Positions 26,267 to 36,655 of a DNA stretch of 41,798 nucleotides are shown piece after piece (within the stretch, counting starts at the first letter, position 1; every line of letters starts with the position of its first letter). The stretch lies in contig JAJAZG010000576.1 in NCBI GenBank assembly GCA_026785865.1, forward strand, positions 1 to 41,798, written 5' to 3'. The DNA comes from Pseudanabaena sp. CAN_BIN31 (GTDB lineage: Bacteria; Cyanobacteriota; Cyanobacteriia; Pseudanabaenales; Pseudanabaenaceae). The notes below the pieces were generated by a model. It saw nothing but the letters and a program-made list of their open reading frames with translations, was not told the DNA's origin and did no database searches. The position numbers were made by a program, and so were the translations under genes.

Positions 26267-28936
26267 GTGACTGTTGCTGCTTCTGTTTCTTCACCTGATG
26301 TCGAGATTCCCACCGATTCGGGAATCTATATCACAATTCATGGTCACTTTTATCAGCCTCCGCGTGAAAACCCTTACCTAAATGCGATCGAGCGCCAAGA
26401 AAGCGCTGCGCCTTTTCATGACTGGAATGCGCGGATTCATCATGAATGCTACCGCCCCAACGCATTCTCGCGGATCGAGCGTCATGATGGCAAGATCGTC
26501 AAGATCGTGAATAACTACGAGTACATGAGTTTTAACATGGGGCCAACGCTGCTCTCATGGATGGAATTTCACGATCTCGATACCTATCAAGCAATTTTAG
26601 ATGCCGATAAACGCAGCGCCGATCGCCTTAATGGTCATGGCAATGCGATCGCGCAAGTCTATAACCACATCATCATGCCCTTAGCGAATTGGCGCGACAA
26701 ATTGACGCAAATTCGCTGGGGCAAGGAAGATTTTAAGTCAAGATTTGGCCGCGAAACCGAAGGGATGTGGCTCGCCGAGACGGCTGTTGACTACGAAACC
26801 CTTGAGGCTTTGGTATTAGAGGGGATCAAGTTTATTGTGCTTGCCCCATCACAGGCGCAACGCTGTCGCCCCTTACCCACCAAAGACAATTCCAGCCCTG
26901 CGTGGCAAGAGGTTGGCGAAGCACAGATCGATCCCACTCGCCCCTATCGTTGCTATTTACGCCGCCATAGCAATACTAAAAGCAACGTATCGGAACTCGG
27001 ACAGTTCCATTTACCTGCGGATACTGATGCTTATATCGATGTATTTTTCTACGATGGTCCCATTTCTCGCGATATGGGATTTGGCGTTCTTTTAGGTAGT
27101 TCTCATGATTTTTCTAAGCGTCTCAATCAGGCCGTCCGCAACGATCATCGTCAACATCAGATGATTTCTGTGGCGACTGATGGCGAAACCTTCGGGCATC
27201 ACAAACACTTTACCGAAAAAACTCTTTCCTATGCCTTTGTCGAAGAATTTCCCAAACGCGGCTGGACTGTCACTAATTACGCCCATTATTTGAGCTTATT
27301 CCCACCATCATGGGAAGCGGAATTAAAATCCGTGACTGCATGGAGTTGCGCCCATGGTGTTGATCGCTGGCAAGGTGGTTGCACCTGTGGCGGTGAAGGT
27401 TCGGGCTATCAACTATTATGGCGGCGACCATTGCGCGATAGTCTCAACTGGTTACGCGATCGCCTTGCCACGGTATATGTCGATATTGGGCGCAAATATT
27501 TTAACGATCCTTGGGAAGCTCGCGATCGCTATATTGATGTGTTGGAATATTCTTTGCGCGATGGCATTGCGGAACATTCACCAGTTTTAGAAGAATTTTT
27601 TGAACAACAATGTAGCGGCAAAGTTTTGACCTCGGCACAGAGAATTGATGCTCTGCGGCTGTTGGAAATGCAGCGTCATGCCTTATTGATGTTTACCAGT
27701 TGCGGCTGGTTCTTTGAAGAATTATCGCGACCTGAAACTGTGCAGATTTTGCGCTATGCCGCCAGAGCGATCGAGCTAGCGGCGGATGTGGCGGGAGTGC
27801 TGCTAGAGGATGAATTCATCAAACGCATGGAAAACGCGCCCAGCAACCTCGCTGAATTTAAAGACGGTAAAGGCGTTTACCGTAAAAAGGTAGTCACCAA
27901 TCGCATCAGTCTCGGACAGGTTGCCGCCCAATATGCCCTGAGTTCAACCTTGGAAAATTATGCGCGATCGCAACAAATCTATTGCTATACCATCCAACAA
28001 CAGGATTATCAACTGCAACGGATTGGTTCGATGGCTTTAGCGATCGGGCAAATTAATTTGACTTCGGGGATCACCCAAGAGTCGGTCAATTATATTTTTG
28101 CGGTGCTGCACCTTGGCGGCGATGACTTCCATTGCTGCATCCAACCCTTCACAGGGCGGCGCGAATATGAGGAAATTAAGGCAACTTTGTTTAAGGTTCT
28201 CAAACACGCAAACACTGCTGCGGTAATTCTATCAATGGCAAGCAATTTTAGCGGTGAACAGTTCAATCTGCATCATCTTTTTGCAGAGGAGCGTCATCGG
28301 ATTTTGCGAATGCTGGCTGATGAGACACTGACTAGACTCGATCAACTATACGAACAAGTCTATCGCGATAATTATGGGATTTTAATCTCGTTCCGTCGTG
28401 ACGATCTGCCAGTGCCGCGCGAACTACAAGTCGCCGCAGATATTGTTTTAAACAATCGTCTCACCGAAGAATTAAAGCGCTTAGAAACAGGTGAATCGCT
28501 CCCGAATGTGGGACTAGACGCTGTGGCGATCGAGGCGCTTAATTTGGGTTGTAAATTTACTCACGAGGAAGATGCCAAAATTCTCGAAACTTATATCTTG
28601 AATCAGATTCAACAGCTTGCTCAACTTCAAGATCTCAACGAAAAGTCGCTATTTAACTATCTCAATCAGATTGAGCAGTCTTTAGCAATCAGCGATCGCC
28701 TAAACTTGAAGCTCGATCTAAATCTCTCACAGGAGGCTTTTCTAAATTATTTATTCAAACGGATCGCCCCTCAATGTGTACTTGCTAGACAGATTCTCGA
28801 TTTAGAATCTACTGAAAAACAACCAATTCATATTCAGGTAAATCTCTGTGAAAGTATTTCTAATTTGGAGCTACATCAGTTAATTGATACAGCTAGCAAA
28901 TTAGGTATTGCCACAGAAGCTTGGCTCCACGACTAA
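26267..28936 (+). CDS. Glycoside hydrolase family 57 / DUF3536 protein
   Basis: HGHFYQPPRENP, YNHIIMPLA, GMWLAETA, ATDGETFGHH, WSCAHGVDRW and MFTSCGWFF motifs. Confidence 0.92.
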   Translation: MTVAASVSSPDVEIPTDSGIYITIHGHFYQPPRENPYLNAIERQESAAPFHDWNARIHHECYRPNAFSRIERHDGKIVKIVNNYEYMSFNMGPTLLSWMEFHDLDTYQAILDADKRSADRLNGHGNAIAQVYNHIIMPLANWRDKLTQIRWGKEDFKSRFGRETEGMWLAETAVDYETLEALVLEGIKFIVLAPSQAQRCRPLPTKDNSSPAWQEVGEAQIDPTRPYRCYLRRHSNTKSNVSELGQFHLPADTDAYIDVFFYDGPISRDMGFGVLLGSSHDFSKRLNQAVRNDHRQHQMISVATDGETFGHHKHFTEKTLSYAFVEEFPKRGWTVTNYAHYLSLFPPSWEAELKSVTAWSCAHGVDRWQGGCTCGGEGSGYQLLWRRPLRDSLNWLRDRLATVYVDIGRKYFNDPWEARDRYIDVLEYSLRDGIAEHSPVLEEFFEQQCSGKVLTSAQRIDALRLLEMQRHALLMFTSCGWFFEELSRPETVQILRYAARAIELAADVAGVLLEDEFIKRMENAPSNLAEFKDGKGVYRKKVVTNRISLGQVAAQYALSSTLENYARSQQIYCYTIQQQDYQLQRIGSMALAIGQINLTSGITQESVNYIFAVLHLGGDDFHCCIQPFTGRREYEEIKATLFKVLKHANTAAVILSMASNFSGEQFNLHHLFAEERHRILRMLADETLTRLDQLYEQVYRDNYGILISFRRDDLPVPRELQVAADIVLNNRLTEELKRLETGESLPNVGLDAVAIEALNLGCKFTHEEDAKILETYILNQIQQLAQLQDLNEKSLFNYLNQIEQSLAISDRLNLKLDLNLSQEAFLNYLFKRIAPQCVLARQILDLESTEKQPIHIQVNLCESISNLELHQLIDTASKLGIATEAWLHD

Positions 28937-28937
28937 T

Positions 28938-29023
28938 GAGTATGTAGTGACGCGCAGCAGCGCGTTGTTGCTACTTTCATCACCAAACGAGTATTTAGTG
29001 ACGCGCTCAGCGCGTCACTAAAT
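28938..29023. repeat. Two tandem related GC-core hairpins between convergent genes
   Basis: GAGTATGTAGTGACGCGC..AGCGCGT (degenerate) followed by perfect ATTTAGTGACGCGC-TCA-GCGCGTCACTAAAT (28993-29023), which contains the kdpD stop. Confidence 0.85.
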
Positions 29024-30127
29024 GATGTCATCGCCGATTTTAGTGGTGGAGATAATATGAATATCCACATTTTTGAGCGATCGCAAAATTCTTTGAGTCA
29101 GCGATCCCTTAAAGAAAACCTGCCAACGCGACTTCTGGCTTTCACCCATAACAATTTGCGTAATGCGATATTCTTTGGCTGTCTCCACGATCGCCTTTAA
29201 AGCCTGACTATCTCTTACTCGAATAAAAGTACCTTCAAACTCTTTGCACAAACGCTCACAGGTTTCAATATGTAAGCTTTCGGCTTTGGACAAAAAGCGA
29301 TCGGTATCGTCAGCAAATAAGACATAGAGTTGAGCATGCATGTATGCCGCAATTCTCGCGCCTCTTCGTAACAACTGGAGCGAATTGGGATAGGTAGAGA
29401 CACAGACTAAAACTCGTTCGTGAATATTACAAATGAGATTAGTGGTGGAACCTGAACGATCGTGTGCTTCGAGATCGTCTTCGATATTGTCGGCAATTTC
29501 TCGTAGTGCTAATTCACGCAAAGCAATCAGATGGCGGCGCTGAAAAAAATTATTTAGAGATTGATCGATTTTTTCAGGGGCGTAGATCTTACCATCGCGC
29601 AGCCTTTCCTGAAGGGTTTCAGGCGTGACATCAACAACAATAACCTCATCGGCGGCTTCTAAAATGCGATCGGGAATTCTTTCTCTTACGATCACTCCTG
29701 TAATTTTGGCAACTGTATCATTGAGACTTTCGATATGTTGAATATTCACAGTTGAGTAGACATCAATTCCCGCTTCGAGTAGAACTTCTACATCTTGATA
29801 ACGCTTCTCGCGTTCCGCATTTGGGACATTAGTATGTGCTAATTCATCCACTAGCGCTAACTGAGGCTGACGCTTGAGAATAGCCTCGGTATCCATTTCA
29901 GTGAGCGTCACGGATTCGCAAGAAATCTGTTGGCGGGGAATTAGTTCTAACCCGATCGCTTTTGCCTTAGTCTCAGCACGATTATGAGTTTCCAGTAAAC
30001 CAATTACGACATCAATTCCTTCAGAACGCAGTCGGTGTCCTTCCTCTAGCATCCGATAGGTTTTGCCCACACCAGGACTCATGCCGATAAATATTTTGTG
30101 TTTGCCACGACGATGGTTTTTAATCAT
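29018..30127 (-). CDS. kdpD: Short cyanobacterial KdpD (KdpD sensor plus USP domain, no kinase)
   Basis: RGKHKIFIGMSPGVGKTYRML, LVDELAHTN, TVNIQHIESLND, LRELALR and a USP-like C-terminus. Confidence 0.93.
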   Translation of the reverse strand: MIKNHRRGKHKIFIGMSPGVGKTYRMLEEGHRLRSEGIDVVIGLLETHNRAETKAKAIGLELIPRQQISCESVTLTEMDTEAILKRQPQLALVDELAHTNVPNAEREKRYQDVEVLLEAGIDVYSTVNIQHIESLNDTVAKITGVIVRERIPDRILEAADEVIVVDVTPETLQERLRDGKIYAPEKIDQSLNNFFQRRHLIALRELALREIADNIEDDLEAHDRSGSTTNLICNIHERVLVCVSTYPNSLQLLRRGARIAAYMHAQLYVLFADDTDRFLSKAESLHIETCERLCKEFEGTFIRVRDSQALKAIVETAKEYRITQIVMGESQKSRWQVFFKGSLTQRILRSLKNVDIHIISTTKIGDDII

Positions 30128-30765
30128 AATTTTCGGAAAGCTGTTAGTTCTAATTTTGATTGCTCAAACATAAATGCGATCGCTGCAAACAATAACTTCA
30201 AATTCTGGATTGTATAAATCGTAATCTCCTTAGTGAAATGGTTTGTACCGTAATTTTCACTAAGCATTCCAAATTCCCAAATTACACCAGTGGACACAAT
30301 CCCAAATATGGGTGTTAATGTTTGATTGGCTTGATAATTTATTTTCTGAGCGGCGATCATCTCCGCGATACATTGCGCCCAGCCTTCCTCGAAGTTATCC
30401 TTTTTCGCTTCAACAATAATCAAGAAGGGCTTTTCGAGAAAGATTTTGCCCATAGGCGATCGCCTTGCCACCATGTAATCAGGAATACCGCAGAGATTTT
30501 CATTATAGTTGAGTGGTTGATGACTCCACAGCGATAAATCAGTTTTGTAACGCTTCCATATTTCTCTGAGTGTCGGATAAATCAGAGTTTCACAAAGAGC
30601 ATATTCTGAATTTTTATAAATTCCTTCTCTCAACGTTAACTCGATTTCTGCTTCAAAGTACTCAGGGATTTCTATCTCAGAAATTTGAATAAAATGTTGC
30701 TCGGCATAGTTAACACCAAATTCTCCCAGTACCTCATCAATCTTTTTGTAATTGTTGTATGGCAT
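30124..30765 (-). CDS. Hypothetical PD-(D/E)XK-fold protein (213 aa)
   Basis: SE...ETLIYP, GIPDY...IIVEAKKDNFEEGWAQCIAEMIAAQ and FGIVSTG..WEF. True start is taken as ATG 30765 (MPYNNYK). ATGA overlap with kdpD. Confidence 0.78.
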   Translation of the reverse strand: MPYNNYKKIDEVLGEFGVNYAEQHFIQISEIEIPEYFEAEIELTLREGIYKNSEYALCETLIYPTLREIWKRYKTDLSLWSHQPLNYNENLCGIPDYMVARRSPMGKIFLEKPFLIIVEAKKDNFEEGWAQCIAEMIAAQKINYQANQTLTPIFGIVSTGVIWEFGMLSENYGTNHFTKEITIYTIQNLKLLFAAIAFMFEQSKLELTAFRKL

Positions 30766-30812
30766 ATTGTTGATTGTAAATAACTGTTTAGGTTGATAAA
30801 TATGATAAAACC

Positions 30813-30892
30813 AAAAACCAAAAAGCTGTGGCGCACACCGCGCGTGCGCCACAGCTTTTTGGTTTTTAGGGTTTCTTTTGACCACTTGCTTA
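30813..30892. repeat. Palindromic repeat family A, copy 2 (with one outer arm)
   Basis: Perfect 24-bp arms at 30813-30836 and 30844-30867, then GGGTTTCTTTTGACCACTTGCTTA, which matches the outer arm of the 36479-36582 copy. Confidence 0.9.
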
Positions 30893-31147
30893 TTCGTAAT
30901 GCGTCCAAATAGAAACAACCCTAATTATTTTCGTTTCCGCATTAATTGAATAGACAAGACGGTGTTTGACATTGATTCGTCTTGAGAAATAGCCCTTGAG
31001 GTTGCCTGAGAGCTTTTCGTAAGATGGCTCAAAAGGATTACGTTTAAGAATTTCTAGCAACGATCTGACATTAGCTTCTAAATTAGCCGCCTTCAATTTT
31101 TTAGCATCCTTCAGAACATTTCTACTAAATTCAATCTGCCAATCCAT
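30890..31147 (-). CDS. yoeB: Txe/YoeB-family toxin
   Basis: RNPF...YEKLSGNLKGYFSRRINVKHRLVY...WTHYE. Confidence 0.93.
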   Translation of the reverse strand: MDWQIEFSRNVLKDAKKLKAANLEANVRSLLEILKRNPFEPSYEKLSGNLKGYFSRRINVKHRLVYSINAETKIIRVVSIWTHYE

Positions 31148-31394
31148 TTAAAGCTCCCAAAAACTCATCTTCGGAAATCCAATCATCTTCCTTTTTAGTT
31201 ACCCTAATTGACTCAACTAGGTAGGGAATAGATTGCAAATAAAGAGTTTCCTGAATACTTTCCCAATCATCTTTGGACAGCAATACTGCGTCACCTTGAC
31301 GGCTGGTGATGATTCTTGGTAAGTGGTCTTTATTAACCTGTTCCACTAAGCTAAAAAGTTTAGTTCTGGCTTCACTGGCGCTAAAAATTTCCAT
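31131..31394 (-). CDS. yefM: Phd/YefM-family antitoxin
   Basis: SASEARTKLFSLVEQVNKDH...AVLLS..DWESIQETLYLQS. Overlaps the toxin start. Confidence 0.93.
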   Translation of the reverse strand: MEIFSASEARTKLFSLVEQVNKDHLPRIITSRQGDAVLLSKDDWESIQETLYLQSIPYLVESIRVTKKEDDWISEDEFLGALNGLAD

Positions 31395-31407
31395 TGGCAC
31401 TCCAAAC

Positions 31408-31429
31408 TTGTACCACTCATTGTACCACT
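31408..31429 (-). promoter_or_regulatory. Putative YefM operator/promoter
   Basis: AGTGGTACAA repeated with 12-bp period on the minus strand, containing a TACAAT -10-like hexamer. Resembles the paired TGTACA operator of yefM-yoeB. Confidence 0.7.
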
Positions 31430-31435
31430 TTTGAT

Positions 31436-32047
31436 TTATGTTTTTACTAGAGAATCTAACTCTAAGTTTAATTTCAAAACATTTACGCCATCTTCGCCAA
31501 AGATTCCTAGAAAACGCCCGTCAGTATTTTTTTGAATCAGACTTTCTAATTGACTTGGTGACAGATTGCGAGTTTTAGCAACTCTGGCGATCTGAGACTT
31601 AGCCGATTCGGGCGTGATATGCGGATCGAGTCCAGAACCAGAGGTATAGACCAAATCGGCAGTGGGCGTAATTCCTGCTTGCTTAAGTTGATTGATAGCG
31701 CTATCAGAATTGCTAGAAATCCGTTTTAAAAGATCGGGATTGCTGGGCGCGAGATTGCTTGCGCCTGAAACACCTGTTTTCAGAATGCCAGCATCATCTT
31801 TTTTAGGATCAGCAGTGCTGTAGTTGATGGTACTAGAGCGACTGTTGAAATAGCGATCGCTTGTAAATGGTTGTCCGATTAGTGCCGAACCGACAATTTG
31901 CCCTTGAGGATTACGAATTAGACTGCCATTGGCTTGATTTGATAGAAAGGGTAATTGCGCGATCGCAATCATACTAAAAGGATAAATCACGGCAACGAGA
32001 AGCCAGAGAACAAGAGTGGCGCGAATAGCTTTAATAATTTCGTTCAT
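31436..32047 (-). CDS. kdpC: K+-transporting ATPase subunit C
   Basis: QANGSL, GSALIGQPF, SGASNLAPSN, VYTSGSGLDPHIT and VNVLKLN motifs. Confidence 0.96.
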   Translation of the reverse strand: MNEIIKAIRATLVLWLLVAVIYPFSMIAIAQLPFLSNQANGSLIRNPQGQIVGSALIGQPFTSDRYFNSRSSTINYSTADPKKDDAGILKTGVSGASNLAPSNPDLLKRISSNSDSAINQLKQAGITPTADLVYTSGSGLDPHITPESAKSQIARVAKTRNLSPSQLESLIQKNTDGRFLGIFGEDGVNVLKLNLELDSLVKT

Positions 32048-32061
32048 AGATTTAGTACAGC

Positions 32062-32316
32062 TTAAAATTTCTCAGGTTGGAACATGACCGCAAATAGATA
32101 GATTGAGAAAACGACAGTGGCGATCCCTAAAAGTCCTAGGGCATAGGCTTGATAGCGGCTAAAACTTTCAGCATTAGCGGCATAGACTGCTGGAGCAACG
32201 ATTAGATTTAGACAGAGTGCAAGGAATAGATATTTGGGATATTTCTTTTTAGTTGCGAGTTGCCATAAATCTTGAAGATCGGAGATCGGGAGGTTATTAA
32301 AAAAAATCTTTTTCAT
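32062..32316 (-). CDS. Extended KdpF-like small membrane protein (cyanobacterial KdpG type)
   Basis: C-terminal IYLFAVMFQPEKF is the KdpF signature. Two hydrophobic segments; lies between kdpB and kdpC. Confidence 0.8.
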   Translation of the reverse strand: MKKIFFNNLPISDLQDLWQLATKKKYPKYLFLALCLNLIVAPAVYAANAESFSRYQAYALGLLGIATVVFSIYLFAVMFQPEKF

Positions 32317-32341
32317 GGTTGTTTAGGAGATAAAAGAGTCA

Positions 32342-32445
32342 GAATCACAGATTAAATGGATTAAAGGATTACGCAGATTTTTAGATGGATTGAATATGGC
32401 AATTAAAAAGTCTGTGAAATCGAATAATCCGTTTAATCCGTGTTC
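32342..32445. repeat. Imperfect ~41-bp inverted repeat built of GGATTA-type units
   Basis: GAATCACAGATTAAATGGATTAAAGGATTACGCAGATTTTT compared with the reverse complement of 32405-32445, GAACACGGATTAAACGGATTATTCGATTTCACAGACTTTTT. Confidence 0.8.
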
Positions 32446-34537
32446 AAATAATCGGTAATAGAATGTCGATACATTTGATGGCAATAAATGGAGCAATTAC
32501 GCCGCCTAGACCGTAAAGCAAAATATTGCGCTGTAATAGTTGATCGGCAGTAAGAGGACGGAATTTTACACCTTTTAAGGCGAGGGGAATTAGGGCGGGA
32601 ATAATTAAGGCATTGTAGATTAGGGCTGAGAGAATCGCTGATTGGGGACTTTTGAGACCCATGACATTCAAAGCGCCAATCCCTGACGCGGCGAAAATAG
32701 TGGGGATGATCGCGAAATATTTAGCGATATCATTGGCGATCGAGAAGGTGGTCAATGCGCCACGAGTAATCAGCAACTGTTTACCGATCGCCACTAGATC
32801 GATTAACTTTGTCGGATCAGAATCCAAATCCACCATATTGGCGGCTTCTTTGGCGGCTTGTGTGCCTGAGTTCATGGCAACACCGACATTTGCTTGGGCC
32901 AGTGCAGGCGCGTCATTTGTGCCATCACCCGTCATCGCTACCAGCTTGCCTTGAGCCTGCTCGCGGCGGATTACTTCGATCTTGTCTTCGGGGGTTGCCT
33001 CAGCGATGAAGTCATCAACTCCTGCTTCTTCAGCAATTACAGAAGCGGTGATTTGATTGTCACCTGTGAGCATAATTGTGCGAACACCCATCCGCCGTAG
33101 TTGATCAAATCTCTCGCGTAATCCTGCCTTGACGATATCTTTAAGGTAGATTACACCGTATAAATCGCCGCCCTGACATATACCCAAGGGAGTGCCGCCG
33201 AGTCTGGAAACCTTCTCATAGGCGGTTTCAAATTCTGGCGGGACTTCACCCGATCGCGATCGCACAAATCCTCGAATCGCATCAACAGCACCTTTGCGAA
33301 CTTCGATATTATCGGGCAAATCGGTTCCACTCATTCTTGTCCGCGCCGAGAAATCAAGCCCTTTAGCTTGGTCGCGATCAAAGTTCACGATCGCCCCTAA
33401 TTTTTCGGCTAGCAGCACAATCGATTTGCCTTCAGGAGTTTCATCAAAGATGCTTGCTGAGAGCGCAATATTAGCAACTTCTGCGAGAGAATGTCCGTTG
33501 ACTGGAATAAATTCATCAGCGAGTCGATTGCCAAGGGTAATTGTGCCTGTTTTATCAAGTACCAAAGTATTAATATCACCACAAGCTTCGACAGCGCGTC
33601 CTGATGTGGCAATCACATTAAACTGAGCGACACGATCCATGCCTGCAATGCCGATCGCACTCAACAATCCCCCAATCGTGGTAGGAATCAGGGCAACTAG
33701 GAGGGAAATGAGAATCGCGATCGTTGTTGGCGTATTTACATAATTGGCGATCGGTGTAATCGTCGCCACGACAATCAGAAACACCTGTGTAAGAACTGTC
33801 AGCAGAACTGTCAAGGCAATTTCGTTAGGCGTTTTCGTGCGCTCTGCACCTTCAACAAGGGCGATCATGCGATCGATAAATCCTTGTCCAGGGTCAGCCA
33901 TAATCTTGATCGTCAATTCATCGGAAACTACACGAGTTCCACCTGTAACGGAGCTAGCAATATCTGTACCTGGTTGCTTGAGAACGGGAGCCGATTCTCC
34001 TGTGATTGCGGACTCATCAACTGAGGCTAAACCTCCAATGACTTCACCATCAGCAGGAATCATTTCGCCAATCTTGACTTTGACTAAATCACCACGGCGC
34101 AATTCTGTAGAACTGACTTGCTGGATAGAACCATCAGGCAATACTTTGGTAGCGATCGTATCCGATCGCGTTGTGCGTAATGAGTCAGCCTGTGCTTTAC
34201 CGCGTCCTTCGGCGATCGCCTCAGCAAAATTGGCAAATAATACTGTAAAAAACAGAATCACCGTAATTAAACCATTCAGAACCCGTTGTTGATTGGGATC
34301 GTATGGAACAGTTCCAAACAAGTTGGGATCGATAGTGACGAGCAGAGTAACTAGCGTTCCAACCCAAACCATAAACATGACAGGGTTGCGAACAGCAATA
34401 CGCGGATTTAGCTTGCGGAAAGAATCGCGGACAGCACGTTGGTAGAGTCCCGCCATTGATGCTTTGGGTGTATGTCTACGAGACTCGCGAGTGCTGCTAA
34501 GCTCTTGTTTTTTAGGAGATGTTGAATTATTATCCAT
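32444..34537 (-). CDS. kdpB: K+-transporting P-type ATPase subunit B
   Basis: [19 protein letters not shown] phosphorylation site, KGA and [12 protein letters not shown]. Confidence 0.98.
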   Translation of the reverse strand: MDNNSTSPKKQELSSTRESRRHTPKASMAGLYQRAVRDSFRKLNPRIAVRNPVMFMVWVGTLVTLLVTIDPNLFGTVPYDPNQQRVLNGLITVILFFTVLFANFAEAIAEGRGKAQADSLRTTRSDTIATKVLPDGSIQQVSSTELRRGDLVKVKIGEMIPADGEVIGGLASVDESAITGESAPVLKQPGTDIASSVTGGTRVVSDELTIKIMADPGQGFIDRMIALVEGAERTKTPNEIALTVLLTVLTQVFLIVVATITPIANYVNTPTTIAILISLLVALIPTTIGGLLSAIGIAGMDRVAQFNVIATSGRAVEACGDINTLVLDKTGTITLGNRLADEFIPVNGHSLAEVANIALSASIFDETPEGKSIVLLAEKLGAIVNFDRDQAKGLDFSARTRMSGTDLPDNIEVRKGAVDAIRGFVRSRSGEVPPEFETAYEKVSRLGGTPLGICQGGDLYGVIYLKDIVKAGLRERFDQLRRMGVRTIMLTGDNQITASVIAEEAGVDDFIAEATPEDKIEVIRREQAQGKLVAMTGDGTNDAPALAQANVGVAMNSGTQAAKEAANMVDLDSDPTKLIDLVAIGKQLLITRGALTTFSIANDIAKYFAIIPTIFAASGIGALNVMGLKSPQSAILSALIYNALIIPALIPLALKGVKFRPLTADQLLQRNILLYGLGGVIAPFIAIKCIDILLPII

Positions 34538-34542
34538 GGATT

Positions 34543-36252
34543 TTAGCCGCCTTTAGCGATGAGAAAAGCTTCAGTAACGGAGCCTAAAGCCAAGATAGGA
34601 GAGAAAGTTAATGCACCCATAATTAAAATCACGCCTGCGGTGACACTGGTAAAAAGAACCGTGTCAGTCCGCAATGTGCCTGTAGTCATGGCAACAGGCT
34701 GCTTACGAGATATGCCATCAGCTAAGAGCAGCAGCGCAATTAAAGGGATATAACGACCGCCTAACAAACTAATGGAAGTACTGAGATTCCACCATAGTGA
34801 GGTGGTGGCGGGTTGACTGTCGGCTAAACCTTCAAAACCAGAGCCATTATTTGCTGCCGCCGATGCATATTCATAAACGACTTGAGTGAGTCCATGAAAT
34901 CCCGAATTGCTAATTCCTGCTAGCTGATCGGGAAATGCTAAGGCGATCGCGCTGGGAATCAAAATAAAAATCGGATGGATTAGCAAAATCAAAAAACTGG
35001 TTAAAACCACTTCATTCTTTTCAATCTTGCGTCCCAGAAATTCGGGAGTTCTGCCAACCATTAAGCCAGTCACAAATACTGCCAAAATCGAATAGGCAAA
35101 CAAATAAGCAGTTCCTGTTCCCTGCCCGCCCCAAATGATTTGCAGAAACAGATTAGACAAAGTGACAAAGCCGCCGCTTGGCATGAGGGAATCATGCATA
35201 GAATTAACCGCGCCAGTCATTGTCCCTGTAGTTGTAACCGCAAACAAAGCTGATTGCGCCCAACCAAAGCGAACTTCCTTTCCTTCAAAATTAGGACTCT
35301 GGGAACCCAATAAAGCATTAACGAGGGGATTACCTTGATACTCGCCAATCCCTGTGATGATAATGAAAGCTACATAAAGAATGAATACCATCCCAAAGAG
35401 TAGCCAAGCTTGCTTGCGGTTATTCGCGATCACACCATAGGTATGGATTAGTGCAGTCGGGATCGAAATCATTGCCAAAATTTGAACCAGATTTGTAAAG
35501 CCATTGGGATTCTCAAACGGATGTGCGGAATTAGAGCCGAAAAACCCGCCGCCATTTTCGCCAAGCTGTTTGATGATCTCGAAATGTGCAACAGGTCCGA
35601 TCGCGATCGCCTGACTAATATTTGCATTTTCCAAAGTTGGGATAACGATTGGAGCTGATAGAGTTTCGGGAACTCCTGCGATCATCAATGCGATCGCGCC
35701 AATAATACTAATTGGCAGCAAAATTCTAGTGATAGCTTGGGTTAAGTCCACATAGAAATTACCAAGCGATCGCCCTGTTAAGCCGCGAATAAAGGCGATA
35801 CCCACCGCCAGTCCAGTTCCAGCAGAGGTAAAAAACAAGAATCCCAAACCCAACGTTTGAGAAAAATAACTAAGAGTCGTCTCACCCGAATAATGTTGTT
35901 GATTGGTATTGGTGATAAACGAGATTGTTGTATGTAAATTCGTATCCCAGCTTGGAGCGCTCATTCCTGTTGGGTTAAGCGGTAAAGCTCCCTGAAAAAA
36001 GATGATCGAGGACACAATTATCGCCATCGCCAAATTGCTGTATAAAATTGCCCGCGCATATTGCCAGCCCGTCATTTGCGTCTTTGATTGCACGCCACTG
36101 AGACTAAAGATTAAGCTCTCGCAAGGATTTAAAATCCTGTCCAGTAATGTCTTTTGTCCTAAAAACACTCGTGCGATGTAGCCACCAAAGATCGGCGCGA
36201 TCGCGACAATAATTACCAGCGTTATTACAATTTGTATCCAACCTTGTAGCAT
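34543..36252 (-). CDS. kdpA: K+-transporting ATPase subunit A
   Basis: [40 protein letters not shown] and [10 protein letters not shown]. Confidence 0.98.
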   Translation of the reverse strand: MLQGWIQIVITLVIIVAIAPIFGGYIARVFLGQKTLLDRILNPCESLIFSLSGVQSKTQMTGWQYARAILYSNLAMAIIVSSIIFFQGALPLNPTGMSAPSWDTNLHTTISFITNTNQQHYSGETTLSYFSQTLGLGFLFFTSAGTGLAVGIAFIRGLTGRSLGNFYVDLTQAITRILLPISIIGAIALMIAGVPETLSAPIVIPTLENANISQAIAIGPVAHFEIIKQLGENGGGFFGSNSAHPFENPNGFTNLVQILAMISIPTALIHTYGVIANNRKQAWLLFGMVFILYVAFIIITGIGEYQGNPLVNALLGSQSPNFEGKEVRFGWAQSALFAVTTTGTMTGAVNSMHDSLMPSGGFVTLSNLFLQIIWGGQGTGTAYLFAYSILAVFVTGLMVGRTPEFLGRKIEKNEVVLTSFLILLIHPIFILIPSAIALAFPDQLAGISNSGFHGLTQVVYEYASAAANNGSGFEGLADSQPATTSLWWNLSTSISLLGGRYIPLIALLLLADGISRKQPVAMTTGTLRTDTVLFTSVTAGVILIMGALTFSPILALGSVTEAFLIAKGG

Positions 36253-36326
36253 GGTGGAAAATCCTATCTTTGTGTCAATGCAGTTTCAGATACTTGAATA
36301 AGCACATTATCAGGTACTTTTTAGGA

Positions 36327-36352
36327 TGTTAACGGTGTTAACAAGGTATAAC
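36327..36352 (-). promoter_or_regulatory. Candidate KdpE/OmpR-type binding repeats upstream of kdpA
   Basis: Minus strand GTTATAC-CTT-GTTAACA-CC-GTTAACA, resembling the E. coli KdpE site (TTTATA-N5-TTTACA) as recalled. Confidence 0.45.
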
Positions 36353-36478
36353 TTTGTGTCTAAAGAGTTCTCTTCTACGTGCATCTAGGTTCTCAGCCTT
36401 GTTAAGATTTCCTTAATTAATCAGTGTTTGGAATCTGTTTAGTTTGCGATCGCGAGTTATTGAAGTCTTTTGATGATT

Positions 36479-36582
36479 TAAGTAACTAGGCAAAAGAAAC
36501 CTTAAAACCCAAAAAGCTGTAGCGCACGCGCAGCGTGCGCTACAGCTTTCTGGGTTTTGGGTTTCTTTTGCCCACTTACTTA
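36479..36582. mobile_element. 104-bp MITE-like fold-back element (family A, longest copy)
   Basis: TAAGTAACTAGGCAAAAGAAACC...GCACGC-GCA-GCGTGC...GGTTTCTTTTGCCCACTTACTTA: near-complete palindrome beginning and ending in TA. Confidence 0.7.
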
Positions 36583-36655
36583 GAAATTATTAGTCGCATC
36601 TTCCTGTATTCTTGGTTATTAACTTTTTAATAAATTTATAAATCAAGCGATCGCT

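Noticed and set aside
29018-30127. kdpD as a truncated pseudogene
   Set aside because: Short KdpD lacking TM and kinase domains is the established cyanobacterial form. The ORF is clean.
30766-30918. 51-aa N-terminal extension of the 264-aa ORF
   Set aside because: It is read-through of the palindromic repeat and overlaps yoeB. ATG 30765 is the sensible start.
32652-35338. Several plus-strand ORFs (up to 182 aa) opposite kdpB/kdpA
   Set aside because: These are antisense shadows of highly conserved genes with no recognisable motifs. The same applies to the other short overlapping ORFs in the track.
36253-36478. Canonical small kdpF upstream of kdpA
   Set aside because: No ORF with the YL...PExF signature was seen here. 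The signature is in 32062..32316 instead.
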